Shown in pieces: positions 9,301-17,463 of a stretch of 64,000 bases of DNA (its first letter is position 1; each line of letters opens with the position of its first letter). Origin of the DNA: Hyphomonas sp. (GTDB taxonomy: Bacteria; Pseudomonadota; Alphaproteobacteria; Caulobacterales; Hyphomonadaceae); contig NZ_JBBKXE010000048.1 in assembly GCF_037969335.1 (NCBI RefSeq), forward strand, positions 4,327 through 68,326. Reading direction: 5' to 3'. Under the pieces are notes generated by a model. It was not told the DNA's origin and did not search any database. It was given only the letters and a program-made list of their open reading frames with translations. Made by a program: the position numbers and the translations under genes.

Positions 9301-9855
9301 ATGAAAATCGAACCTGAAATATCCTATCGAAACATTGAGCCGTCCCAGCAATTGCAGGAGCGGATCAACAAGGAAATCCGCCAGCTCGAAAAAATTGACC
9401 CGGAGCTGATCTCCTGCACGGTTCTGGTGGACGGCCCGAGCGGGCACAAACATGCGGGCGGACTGGCATCGGTCCGGATCCACCTGACGGCCCCGGGCCG
9501 CAAGGATATTGCCGTCACACACGTGGCCGACGACAATCATGCGCATGAGGACGTCCTGGTCAGTGTCCGGGATGCGTTCAAGGCCGCCCAGCGACAGATC
9601 AAGAAGCTCAAGCCTGACCACAGGGCCGAAGGGGCTGGTGACGACACGCGGGTCGCCGGCAAGATCGCGCGGTTCCTGGCCGAGGAGGGGGCGGGGTTCA
9701 TTGTCGCCGAAGACGGGCAGGACTATTACTTTCAGGCCCGCTCGGTCACCGATGCGCAGTTCAAGGCGCTGAAAGTCGGCGACGATGTTACGTTCAGGGT
9801 CGAGCCGGGCGACAAGGGCCCGCAGGCGGTTGCCGTTCACCTGCGCGGCGATTGA
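9301..9855 (+). CDS. HPF/RaiA-family ribosome-associated protein fused to a cold-shock domain
   Basis: ISYRNIEPS...VRIHLTAPG...VRDAFKAAQRQ, then GAGFI...YYF...LKVGDDVTF...GDKGPQA. Confidence 0.88.
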   Translation: MKIEPEISYRNIEPSQQLQERINKEIRQLEKIDPELISCTVLVDGPSGHKHAGGLASVRIHLTAPGRKDIAVTHVADDNHAHEDVLVSVRDAFKAAQRQIKKLKPDHRAEGAGDDTRVAGKIARFLAEEGAGFIVAEDGQDYYFQARSVTDAQFKALKVGDDVTFRVEPGDKGPQAVAVHLRGD

Positions 9856-9877
9856 GCGACAGGAAAAGGAACCTCAT

Positions 9878-10306
9878 ATGTTTGTAAGAAATTTCGACCT
9901 CATTCTCGACCCGGCCGACGCGATGCAGATTGCCATGCTGGTGCGCGAGTTCGACACGGAGGATATCGATCCGACGGGCGAGGAATATTCGGGCGATGAG
10001 GCCTTCGCAGACGAGGAGGACCTGCTCGAACAGGAGGAGAAGGACCCGGCTGATCCGGCGCTGGACGCGCTTGGCGCTGCCGTCAATCTCCTGAATGTCG
10101 ATGCGCAGCGAGACTTGCTCGCGCTGATGTGGGTGGGGCGCGGTGACTACAGGCCCGAGGACTGGGCGACAGCGCGCCATCAGGCCACCGATGTCGCCGA
10201 CATGCATCTGGCCAAGTATCTTGCAGAGACGCCGCTCGCGAGCACGTACCTCATCGAGGGACTGAGCCAGATGGGCTATTCCGTCGATGATTACGAGGCC
10301 TCCTGA
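9878..10306 (+). CDS. DUF3775 protein
   Basis: Acidic; LNVDAQRDLLALMWVGRGDY...W...YL.ETPLASTYLIEGL. Confidence 0.82.
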   Translation: MFVRNFDLILDPADAMQIAMLVREFDTEDIDPTGEEYSGDEAFADEEDLLEQEEKDPADPALDALGAAVNLLNVDAQRDLLALMWVGRGDYRPEDWATARHQATDVADMHLAKYLAETPLASTYLIEGLSQMGYSVDDYEAS

Positions 10307-10328
10307 AGCGGGAAGAGGGAGAAGAACG

Positions 10329-11099
10329 ATGGGAATGGTTGACGGAAAGAGCGCTCTGATCACGGGTGCCGGAGCGGGCATCGGGCGCGCAACGGCGCTC
10401 AAGTTCGCAGCCGAAGGCGCTCGTGTCGCCGTGTCGGACGTGAATGTCGAAGGCGGCGAGGAAACGGTTCGCCTGATCGAGGCAGTTGGCGGCGAGGCCT
10501 TCTTCATGCGGGCCGACGTATCGCAGGCCAAGGAGGTCGAGGCGCTGATCAAGCAGACGGTCAAGACGTTCGGTAGGATCGATTGCGCCTGCAACAATGC
10601 CGGGATTGAAGGGACCATTGCGCCGTTCGCAGAGCAGACGGAAGAGAATTTCGACCGGATCATTTCGGTCAACCTGAAGGGCGTCTTCCTGTGCCTGCGC
10701 GCAGAGATACAGCAGATGGTCAAAACTGGCGGCGGGGCAATCGTCAATCTCGCCTCGGTTGCCGGCCTTGTCGGATTTGCGGGCCTCAGCCCCTATGTGG
10801 CGTCAAAGCATGGCGTGAACGGCCTGACGAAGAATGCCGCGCTTGAATATGGCAAGGCAGGTATCCGCGTGAATTCGGTCTGCCCCGGCGGGATTGATAC
10901 AAGGATGCTGGATTCGCTCGCAGAGCAATCGAGCGACGGGAAGATGACGTCCCGCGACATGCTCGATCCAATGCACCCGATCGGGCATATCGGTACGCCG
11001 GAGGAAGTGGCCGAACTGATCGTCTGGTTGTGCTCGCCGCGCGCGTCTTTCGTCACCGGCGCGAACATCCCGGTCGATGGCGGCTTCGTGGCGCAGTAG
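10329..11099 (+). CDS. Short-chain dehydrogenase/reductase
   Basis: TGAGAGIG, NNAG, YVASK, VDGG. Confidence 0.93.
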   Translation: MGMVDGKSALITGAGAGIGRATALKFAAEGARVAVSDVNVEGGEETVRLIEAVGGEAFFMRADVSQAKEVEALIKQTVKTFGRIDCACNNAGIEGTIAPFAEQTEENFDRIISVNLKGVFLCLRAEIQQMVKTGGGAIVNLASVAGLVGFAGLSPYVASKHGVNGLTKNAALEYGKAGIRVNSVCPGGIDTRMLDSLAEQSSDGKMTSRDMLDPMHPIGHIGTPEEVAELIVWLCSPRASFVTGANIPVDGGFVAQ

Positions 11100-11113
11100 G
11101 CAGCCGCGCGGTC

Positions 11114-12403
11114 TCAGATCAGTCCGATGGCCGCTGCGACGCCCAGGCCTGCTGCGCCCGCCAGCGCCATGAACACCGCGACAGCCATGCATTGGTGCCT
11201 GTAGGCGCCTTCACCCGCGACCAGTGCAATCGTGCCCTTCAGCAGCGTATTGGCGATCGCAGCCAGTGCGACGGCGATGGCGGCGGTTTCGGTGCTCAGT
11301 CCTTTCGCGCTCATCTGGATCATGGAGAGGCTGATGGCATCCACATCTGCGGCGCCCGCCACAAGGGCGACGCCGTAAATCCCTGTCGGCCCCAGCATGT
11401 CGGCGGCAGCCCTCGACAGAAGGAGCGCCGTCGCCAGAAGGGCCGCGAAGAATAGTGCCGACCTGACGTCGAGGGGGTTGGACAGGACGAGGTCCGGCGC
11501 GGCCTGTGTTCCCCGGCGCAGGAGGAAAATTGCAGCAATGGCCAATGCGACAACCAGCATGGACCCGAATGGCAAGGCGAGGGGGGCGACGAGTGATGGT
11601 GCGAAGGCGCCGAGAATAAAAGCGGTCCGGACGATCATGCCGGCCCAGGCCAGGGCCGTGCCTCCGACCAGGGCGCGCGCATCGCCCGCGTCGTTCCGGC
11701 TGAACCGCGCAAAGGAAAGGGTCACGGCGGTTGATGAGGCAAAACTGCCCGCGAGTGCCAGCAGTCCGATGCCGCGCCGGCTCCCCAGCCATTTGACGCC
11801 GAGATAGCCGACAAACCCCAGGCCACTGATCAGGACGACCATCCACCAGATCGCGCGCGGATTGAACGCGTCATAGGGCCCGTAGGCCTGGTCGGGCAGT
11901 ACGGGCAGGACGACGACCGAGATCAGCAACTGGCGGAGGAAAGCGCTGAGTTCCTTTTCCTCGATCCGGTGCAGCAGGGCGTGAAGGGGTGTTCTCAGCC
12001 AGAGCACGAATGCCACGATCACGGCCCCGGCCGCGGCTGCCTGGGAATGGCCGAGCACCGCCACGGCGCCGAGTGCATAGGCGCTGAGCGCGGCCACCAT
12101 CGTCGTGACACTGACGATGCGGGTAACATCAATCTGGGCTTCGAACCCTTCCCGCAAGAGCAGCGCGAGCGCGACAAAGCCGGCCGCGATGACAAAGCCA
12201 TTTCCCGTATCGACAAGGGCGCACAAACCGCCCAGAAATCCGATCAGTCCGATGGTCCGGAACCCGGCAACGCGCGAGCCGTCGGGATCGGCCCGATCTT
12301 TCCAGCCGCGCTCCAGCCCGATCAGCAAGCCAATGCCGAGCGCAGTCAGCAGACCGGTGAGGGGCGTCTCAGGTATCATCGGGACATATCCGGGACCATC
12401 CAT
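11114..12403 (-). CDS. MgtC/SapB + DUF4010 membrane protein
   Basis: IGLLIGLER, AGFRT, WWMVVLISGLGFVGY, SSTAVT, ADVDAISLS; start may be 12379. Confidence 0.85.
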   Translation of the reverse strand: MDGPGYVPMIPETPLTGLLTALGIGLLIGLERGWKDRADPDGSRVAGFRTIGLIGFLGGLCALVDTGNGFVIAAGFVALALLLREGFEAQIDVTRIVSVTTMVAALSAYALGAVAVLGHSQAAAAGAVIVAFVLWLRTPLHALLHRIEEKELSAFLRQLLISVVVLPVLPDQAYGPYDAFNPRAIWWMVVLISGLGFVGYLGVKWLGSRRGIGLLALAGSFASSTAVTLSFARFSRNDAGDARALVGGTALAWAGMIVRTAFILGAFAPSLVAPLALPFGSMLVVALAIAAIFLLRRGTQAAPDLVLSNPLDVRSALFFAALLATALLLSRAAADMLGPTGIYGVALVAGAADVDAISLSMIQMSAKGLSTETAAIAVALAAIANTLLKGTIALVAGEGAYRHQCMAVAVFMALAGAAGLGVAAAIGLI

Positions 12404-12423
12404 TCAGCAAGGAGCAGGCAGCA

Positions 12424-13620
12424 TTATGCGGCATACCGGCAGAGGGAAAAGGCTTCGCGCGCAATCACTTCTTCCTCATTGGTGGGGATTACGGCAACCG
12501 CGATCTCGGAGCGCTGCGTGGAAATAATGCCAGCACCGGATTCGTTCAGCGTCGCATCAAGTTCGATCCCCATCCAAGACAGGCGCGCGATGACACGCCG
12601 TCTGATCTCCTGTGAGTTCTCGCCGACACCGCCGGTGAACACGATGGCCTCGAGGCCATTGAGCGCGACCGTCAGGGACCCGATTTCCCGCGCAATCCTG
12701 TATGTGTACACATCAAGGGCCTCCTCCGCTTCCGGCGCGAGGCTGGCGAGCAGGTCACGGACATCCCCGCTTATTCCGGAGACTCCGAGCAGGCCGGATT
12801 TGTGATGCAGCATGTCCGAGACCGCGTCCGGCGTCATCTTTTGGCTGCCAATCAGGTAGAGGACCGCGCCCGGATCAAGGTCGCCGCACCGGGTGGCCAT
12901 AGGGACACCCGACAGGGCGGTCAGTCCCATAGAGGTGGCGATACTGGTGCCGTCCTGTATCGCGCAGAGGCTCGCCCCGTTGCCAAGGTGGGCCATGACC
13001 GTCTTGCGATGTGGCCGATCGGAAAAGGTCTGTGTCATCGCGCCCGCGATATAAGCGTAGGAGAGGCCATGAAATCCGTAGCGTTGGAGGCCGGACTCGG
13101 TCAGTTCCCGTGGCAGCGCATAGAGGCGGGCTTCTCTTGGCTGTGCGCTGTGGAAGGCGGTGTCGAAGGACAGGGATTGGGGAAGGCCCGGGAACTGTTT
13201 TGCCAGGCTGCGAACGCCGGCCAGATTGTAGGGCTGGTGATCGGGCGCAAAGACGGAGAGCCTGTCCAGCGCATCCAGCAGTTCAGGCGTCGCGAGGCGC
13301 GGACCGTCGCAGGACTGGCCACCATGCACGATCCGGTGGCCCGCTGCGATCAATTCGGTGCCATCGATGGCGGCGCTCAGGCAGCGCGCCAATTCCGGGA
13401 TGAGTTGTTCAGGTGCCGGGTCGACCTTTGACAGGGCATCGACGAACTGGCGCTCATGGCTTTCGCTCGTCGTATCCATATCGACTTTGAGGTTTGCGCC
13501 CAGTCCGGTCAGTTTGCCGCCAAGCAGGCGCCCTGCAAGCTGGTCTGCCCCGGCGCGGTAGAGCGAAAATTTCAGGCTGGACGATCCGGTGTTGAAGGTG
13601 GCAATAACCGGAGTGGTCAT
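12424..13620 (-). CDS. ackA: Acetate/propionate kinase
   Basis: NTGSSSLK, GHRIVHGG, FDTAFH, RYGFHGLSY, HLGNGAS, FTGGVGENS, PTNEE; start MTTPV at 13620. Confidence 0.93.
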   Translation of the reverse strand: MTTPVIATFNTGSSSLKFSLYRAGADQLAGRLLGGKLTGLGANLKVDMDTTSESHERQFVDALSKVDPAPEQLIPELARCLSAAIDGTELIAAGHRIVHGGQSCDGPRLATPELLDALDRLSVFAPDHQPYNLAGVRSLAKQFPGLPQSLSFDTAFHSAQPREARLYALPRELTESGLQRYGFHGLSYAYIAGAMTQTFSDRPHRKTVMAHLGNGASLCAIQDGTSIATSMGLTALSGVPMATRCGDLDPGAVLYLIGSQKMTPDAVSDMLHHKSGLLGVSGISGDVRDLLASLAPEAEEALDVYTYRIAREIGSLTVALNGLEAIVFTGGVGENSQEIRRRVIARLSWMGIELDATLNESGAGIISTQRSEIAVAVIPTNEEEVIAREAFSLCRYAA

Positions 13621-14561
13621 GGCGCACTCGCCTTCCAGGCGAGGTAGCACTTGGCCAGCGCGCAGGAGGCCAGCCGCTCTCTCACGCTGTCGGACCGGCT
13701 GGTCAGGATGATCGGAACCTGAGCGCCGACAACCAGGCCCGCGGCGGCGGCGCCGGCCAGGTAGTCGAGTTGCTTGGCGAGCATGTTGCCGGCCTCGATA
13801 TCCGGCACGATGAGAATGTCGGCGTCGCCAGCGACATCGGAGACCAGGCCCTTGATTTTTACGGCCTGTTTCGAGACAGCCAGATCGAAGGCGAGTGGAC
13901 CATCGAGCACACCGCCGGTGATTTGCCCCCGTTGGGCCATCTTGCAGAGCGCGGCTGCGTCGACGGTCGTCGGCATGTGGGGATCGACCTCTTCGGTGGC
14001 AGCCAGGATCGCCGTCTTCGGGGAGTCTATTCCGATGGCATTGGCCACGTCGATGGCGTTCTGGACAATCCATCTCTTGGTGTGCAGGTCCGGCGAGATA
14101 TTCAGGGCGCCATCGCTGATGAGCAGGTATTTCGGATAAGCGGGGGTCTGCATCACGAAGACATGGCTCATCCGGCGGTCGGTGCGCAGGCCGGTATTGC
14201 GGGCAACAATGGCTGCCATCAGTTCGTTTGTGTGCAGGGCGCCTTTCATCAGCGCCTGTACCTTGCCGGCCCGGGCGAGTTCGACGCCCGTCTGGGCGGC
14301 GGCGTGGCTGTGCGGTGTGTCGATGATCTCGGCGCCTGCCAGATCGAGACTGAATTGATCTGCTGCCGCGCGAATGCGCTGCTCCGGCCCTATCAGGACC
14401 GCCTTGATCAGACCGGTCGCCTGCGCGTCGAGAGCAGCCGCAAGGGCATTCTGGCTAACGGGGTGAATAACCGCCGTCGCTATCGGGGCGCCGTCTGCGC
14501 GTGAGAGGATTGACGCGAAGGCGTCGTGCGGATCGCCTTGTTCGGCGCTGCTTTGAGTCAT
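13617..14561 (-). CDS. Phosphate acetyl/butyryltransferase
   Basis: LMKGALHT, RMSHV, DGPLAFDLA, AGNMLAK, PIILTSRSD; overlaps the ackA start. Confidence 0.9.
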   Translation of the reverse strand: MTQSSAEQGDPHDAFASILSRADGAPIATAVIHPVSQNALAAALDAQATGLIKAVLIGPEQRIRAAADQFSLDLAGAEIIDTPHSHAAAQTGVELARAGKVQALMKGALHTNELMAAIVARNTGLRTDRRMSHVFVMQTPAYPKYLLISDGALNISPDLHTKRWIVQNAIDVANAIGIDSPKTAILAATEEVDPHMPTTVDAAALCKMAQRGQITGGVLDGPLAFDLAVSKQAVKIKGLVSDVAGDADILIVPDIEAGNMLAKQLDYLAGAAAAGLVVGAQVPIILTSRSDSVRERLASCALAKCYLAWKASAP

Positions 14562-14605
14562 TGGACGAGTGCCCCATCGTGGTTGGCGTTCATTCGCCCG
14601 CCTTA

Positions 14606-15325
14606 TCAGTAACCGACCACGGACGCGTATTCTTCTTCGGTGGGTTCGCCAGCGGCGGCAATGAGGCGCTTGCGGTCAGATATCCGGATTCGGTTCGACT
14701 GTGGCAGTTCAATGATCCCTTGCCGCTTCAGCTGGTTCATCATGCGGCTGACTGTCTCCAGTGTCAGCCCGACATAGTCGGCCATGTCGCAGCGACTCAT
14801 CCGGATATCGACAAAGCTCGTCGCGGGGTCTGCGAAGCGGCTGTCGAGGAAGAGAAGAAAGGTTGCCGTGCGTTCCATCGCGCATTTGCGCCCGAGCAGA
14901 AGGGCTTGCTCGCGCGAGGCATTCAGCATGTCCCCGATCAGGGTGAAGATGCTCCGGCGAAATACGGCATTGTCTTGTAGTGCGCGATCAAAACTGGCTC
15001 GGGCGATGAAGTCGACCTCGACATCTGTCAGGGCTTCAGCACTGAGATTGTGAATGTCGGCGAAGGTCAGCGCGAGGAAATCTCCGTCGCTAGAAAAATC
15101 CTGAATCTGACGGCGCCCATCGGCCATGAGCTTGTAGAGGATTACCGTGCCGGAAATGATCTGGAACACGCCGGTCGGCTGGTCTCCCTGGAAGAACAGA
15201 TGCTCGTGCGGCGCAAAATGCAGCCTGTTTCGCGGCACACCATGCTCGTCCCTGTGCGCATGTGATGCGCGGACGCCCGCAGAGCGTGCAGCAGTAGGGA
15301 GTTGAAGAATGGTGTGAGCGGTCAT
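14606..15325 (-). CDS. fixK: Crp/Fnr regulator, FixK type
   Basis: DGRRQI; HTH SRCDMADYVGLTLETVSR (FNR-type ExxSR); no N-terminal Cys cluster. Confidence 0.8.
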   Translation of the reverse strand: MTAHTILQLPTAARSAGVRASHAHRDEHGVPRNRLHFAPHEHLFFQGDQPTGVFQIISGTVILYKLMADGRRQIQDFSSDGDFLALTFADIHNLSAEALTDVEVDFIARASFDRALQDNAVFRRSIFTLIGDMLNASREQALLLGRKCAMERTATFLLFLDSRFADPATSFVDIRMSRCDMADYVGLTLETVSRMMNQLKRQGIIELPQSNRIRISDRKRLIAAAGEPTEEEYASVVGY

Positions 15326-15407
15326 TTTCTACCTCCTGTGTTTTGGGCTGGGTCACCCGTTCGGCCTCTCCCAGACAAGATGGAGCACCACGCGAAAATT
15401 GAATTGC

Positions 15408-15417
15408 GGGAAACTAC
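15408..15417 (-). promoter_or_regulatory. Putative FixJ binding site
   Basis: Minus strand GTAGTTTCCC, 83-92 bp upstream of the fixK-like start; matches the rhizobial FixJ site as recalled. Confidence 0.45.
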
Positions 15418-15575
15418 CTAGAAGACGCCGTATTGATCAAAGCGACGTGTGCCATCGAAGGATTCATAGGCGCGAGACGCGCAAGATCCGGGTTCCGGTG
15501 CCGGCCGAAGGGGCACACCAAGGGTGGCAGGCACGCAAGGCCCTTCGTGACATACGGAGGGTGATGGCGCTGTGC

Positions 15576-15589
15576 TTGAGCGAGATCAA
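15576..15589. promoter_or_regulatory. FNR/FixK box
   Basis: TTGAG-CGAG-ATCAA (1 mismatch), upstream of the WXXGXW gene. Confidence 0.7.
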
Positions 15590-15656
15590 CCTGCCCGGCA
15601 ACGGTCCGGTATAGGGATGATGTGCGACGTCGCAAGCCCGTGGAGGAGATCAGGTA

Positions 15657-16001
15657 GTGCCATTGAAATCAAAGGCGATACCCTTCTTGCTGGGCGCCTG
15701 CGCCTTGGCAGTAGCGGGCTGCGCCACACATTCTCATCCTTATTATCGGCATGGGCCGGTCACGCCCGATATCAGCATCGTTTATGTTCGCTCGGCGCCA
15801 CCGCCACCGTGACGGGTTCATTTGCCTCCGCGGCCTTCTGCGACGGCAGTCTGGGTCGACGGATACTGGAGCTGGACGGGGGTGAGGTTCGCCTGGGTCG
15901 ATGGTTTCTGGGAGCCACATCCACATAGCCGCGTTTGGGTGCCCGATAGCTGGGTGCATACCAATCGTGGATGGTATCGCCGCCCGGGGCGCGGGAGATA
16001 G
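15657..16001 (+). pseudogene. WXXGXW(YXWGXW)-repeat lipoprotein interrupted by an in-frame TGA at 15810-15812
   Basis: Manual translation: MPLKSKAIPFLLGACALAVAGC-ATHSHPYY...APPPP*RVHLPPRP...VWVDGYWSWTGVRFAWVDGFWE...WVPDSW...GWYRRPGRGR; GGAGGAG SD. Confidence 0.8.
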
Positions 16002-16014
16002 GGCGCAGCGGAGC

Positions 16015-16028
16015 TTGATGGAAATCAA
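16015..16028. promoter_or_regulatory. FNR/FixK box
   Basis: Perfect TTGAT-GGAA-ATCAA. Confidence 0.85.
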
Positions 16029-16089
16029 GCGTCCGGTCGCCAGACCGTCTCTTATGGGATATCCAATCAGGGAACAGGAGGCAGTTGCC

Positions 16090-16527
16090 ATGAAGCTGAA
16101 AAACGGAACTTGGGTACTTGTATGTGACAGCGGCAAATTCCTGCTGCTCGAAAACAATGGCGACGAGGATATCATGGACCTGCGCGTGGTCGCACATGAT
16201 GAAGCCGTCAATCCAGCGACCAGCGACCAGGGTACGGATCGGCCAGGACGGTTCGCGATCTCGCCGGACCGGCGCGGAACGACCCAGGAGACCGACTGGC
16301 ACCAACTCGAGGAGACCCGTTTCGCCCAGGACCTGGCAGAAAAGCTCGGCCGGTGGGAAAATAACAAGCGCTTCAACGATCTTGTTATCGTGTCCGACAG
16401 CCGAACGCTCGGCGTGTTGCGGAGCGCGCTCTCAGACCAGGTGAAGAAGCGGGTTCGCGGTGAAGTCCAGAAGGATTATGCCCATCGCACGATCGAGTTC
16501 ATCGAGACGGCACTCGCGAAAGAATAG
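16090..16527 (+). CDS. Host attachment protein (AtsE-like / baeRF12 family)
   Basis: TWVLVCDSGK.LLLEN.G, TDRPGR, DWHQLEETRFA, LVIV....LGVLR..L, EVQKD; AGGAGG SD. Confidence 0.85.
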   Translation: MKLKNGTWVLVCDSGKFLLLENNGDEDIMDLRVVAHDEAVNPATSDQGTDRPGRFAISPDRRGTTQETDWHQLEETRFAQDLAEKLGRWENNKRFNDLVIVSDSRTLGVLRSALSDQVKKRVRGEVQKDYAHRTIEFIETALAKE

Positions 16528-16554
16528 GTCTGGTTTCGATCAGCGGGTTGCGGC

Positions 16555-17463
16555 TCATGTCCGGGATGGTCTGGCCGTCTTGAGCAGGCTGGACGTGGCG
16601 TCTGCCAGAATGCCGCTCACATCAATGGCGTTGCTTGGATGGGAAATGGTGTTGCTCGTTACTATACGGGCGGCACCAGCTTCCAGCAGTGCTTCATGCG
16701 CGCCATCGGCAAAAATACCATGCACCGCGCAGCATGTCGGGGGACGAAGACCCTGCTGGACGAGCTGACGCGTCACCGCAATCATGGTGGAGGCCGTTGA
16801 GATCGTGTCATCGACAATGACCGGTGTGTGATGGCGCCATTTTTCCAGATCGGGAAGCGAGATGTCCACGTCCCGGTCGCCATGCCTCGTCTTGGTCAGG
16901 ACGATATGATCCACGCCGGCCAGCGCAGCGATTTCCGAAACCCATTGCTCGCTTTCCGCATCCGGGCCGATCAGGAGGGGGGTGTCGATTTCCTGCCTGA
17001 TCCATGCGGCCATTGCAGGCGCGGCATGGGCCGCCACGGAAGGGATGTCGTAAATGTCCGATAGCGCCTTCCAGCGGTGCAGGTGGGGATCGGTTGTGAC
17101 GAGCCAGTCGACGCAGGACGAGACCCATTTCGCAAAATGCACGGACGTGATCGCCTCGCCCGGCTGGAACATCTTGTCCTGGCGCATATAGGGCAGGTAG
17201 GGCGCGACCAGCCCGACTGATTTGGCGCCAAGAGCGCGGGCTGTCTGCGCGGCAAAGGCAAGCGCAGGCAGCTTTGAATCGGGTTGGGAGAGGCCCGCAA
17301 GCAGGACGACGTCGCGCCCTTCCGGCGGCGTGTCGAAGCGCAGGTAGGTTTCGCCATCGGGAAACCGGCGCAGGTCGATTTCAGCCGTCTCCGCACCAAG
17401 CGCGCGGGCCAGAGGGGCGGACATCTGCGCGGTATCCTGCAGGGGCATCAGGAGCGGCTTCAT
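16555..17463 (-). CDS. Ribose-phosphate pyrophosphokinase-like protein
   Basis: FPDGE, PYLPYMRQDK, DPHLH, GPDAESEQW, VDDTISTAST. Confidence 0.9.
   Translation of the reverse strand: MKPLLMPLQDTAQMSAPLARALGAETAEIDLRRFPDGETYLRFDTPPEGRDVVLLAGLSQPDSKLPALAFAAQTARALGAKSVGLVAPYLPYMRQDKMFQPGEAITSVHFAKWVSSCVDWLVTTDPHLHRWKALSDIYDIPSVAAHAAPAMAAWIRQEIDTPLLIGPDAESEQWVSEIAALAGVDHIVLTKTRHGDRDVDISLPDLEKWRHHTPVIVDDTISTASTMIAVTRQLVQQGLRPPTCCAVHGIFADGAHEALLEAGAARIVTSNTISHPSNAIDVSGILADATSSLLKTARPSRT

Noticed and set aside
12424-14073. 549-aa version of AckA and other over-extended ORF starts (2211-3086, 15901, 28722, 35256)
   Set aside because: The extensions overlap neighbouring genes; downstream starts with SD or motif support were used
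14606-15325. O2-sensing FNR/FnrN
   Set aside because: No N-terminal Cys ligands for a 4Fe-4S cluster; treated as FixK type
15659-15672. Additional FNR box GCCAT-TGAA-ATCAA
   Set aside because: Three mismatches, and it lies inside the lipoprotein coding start
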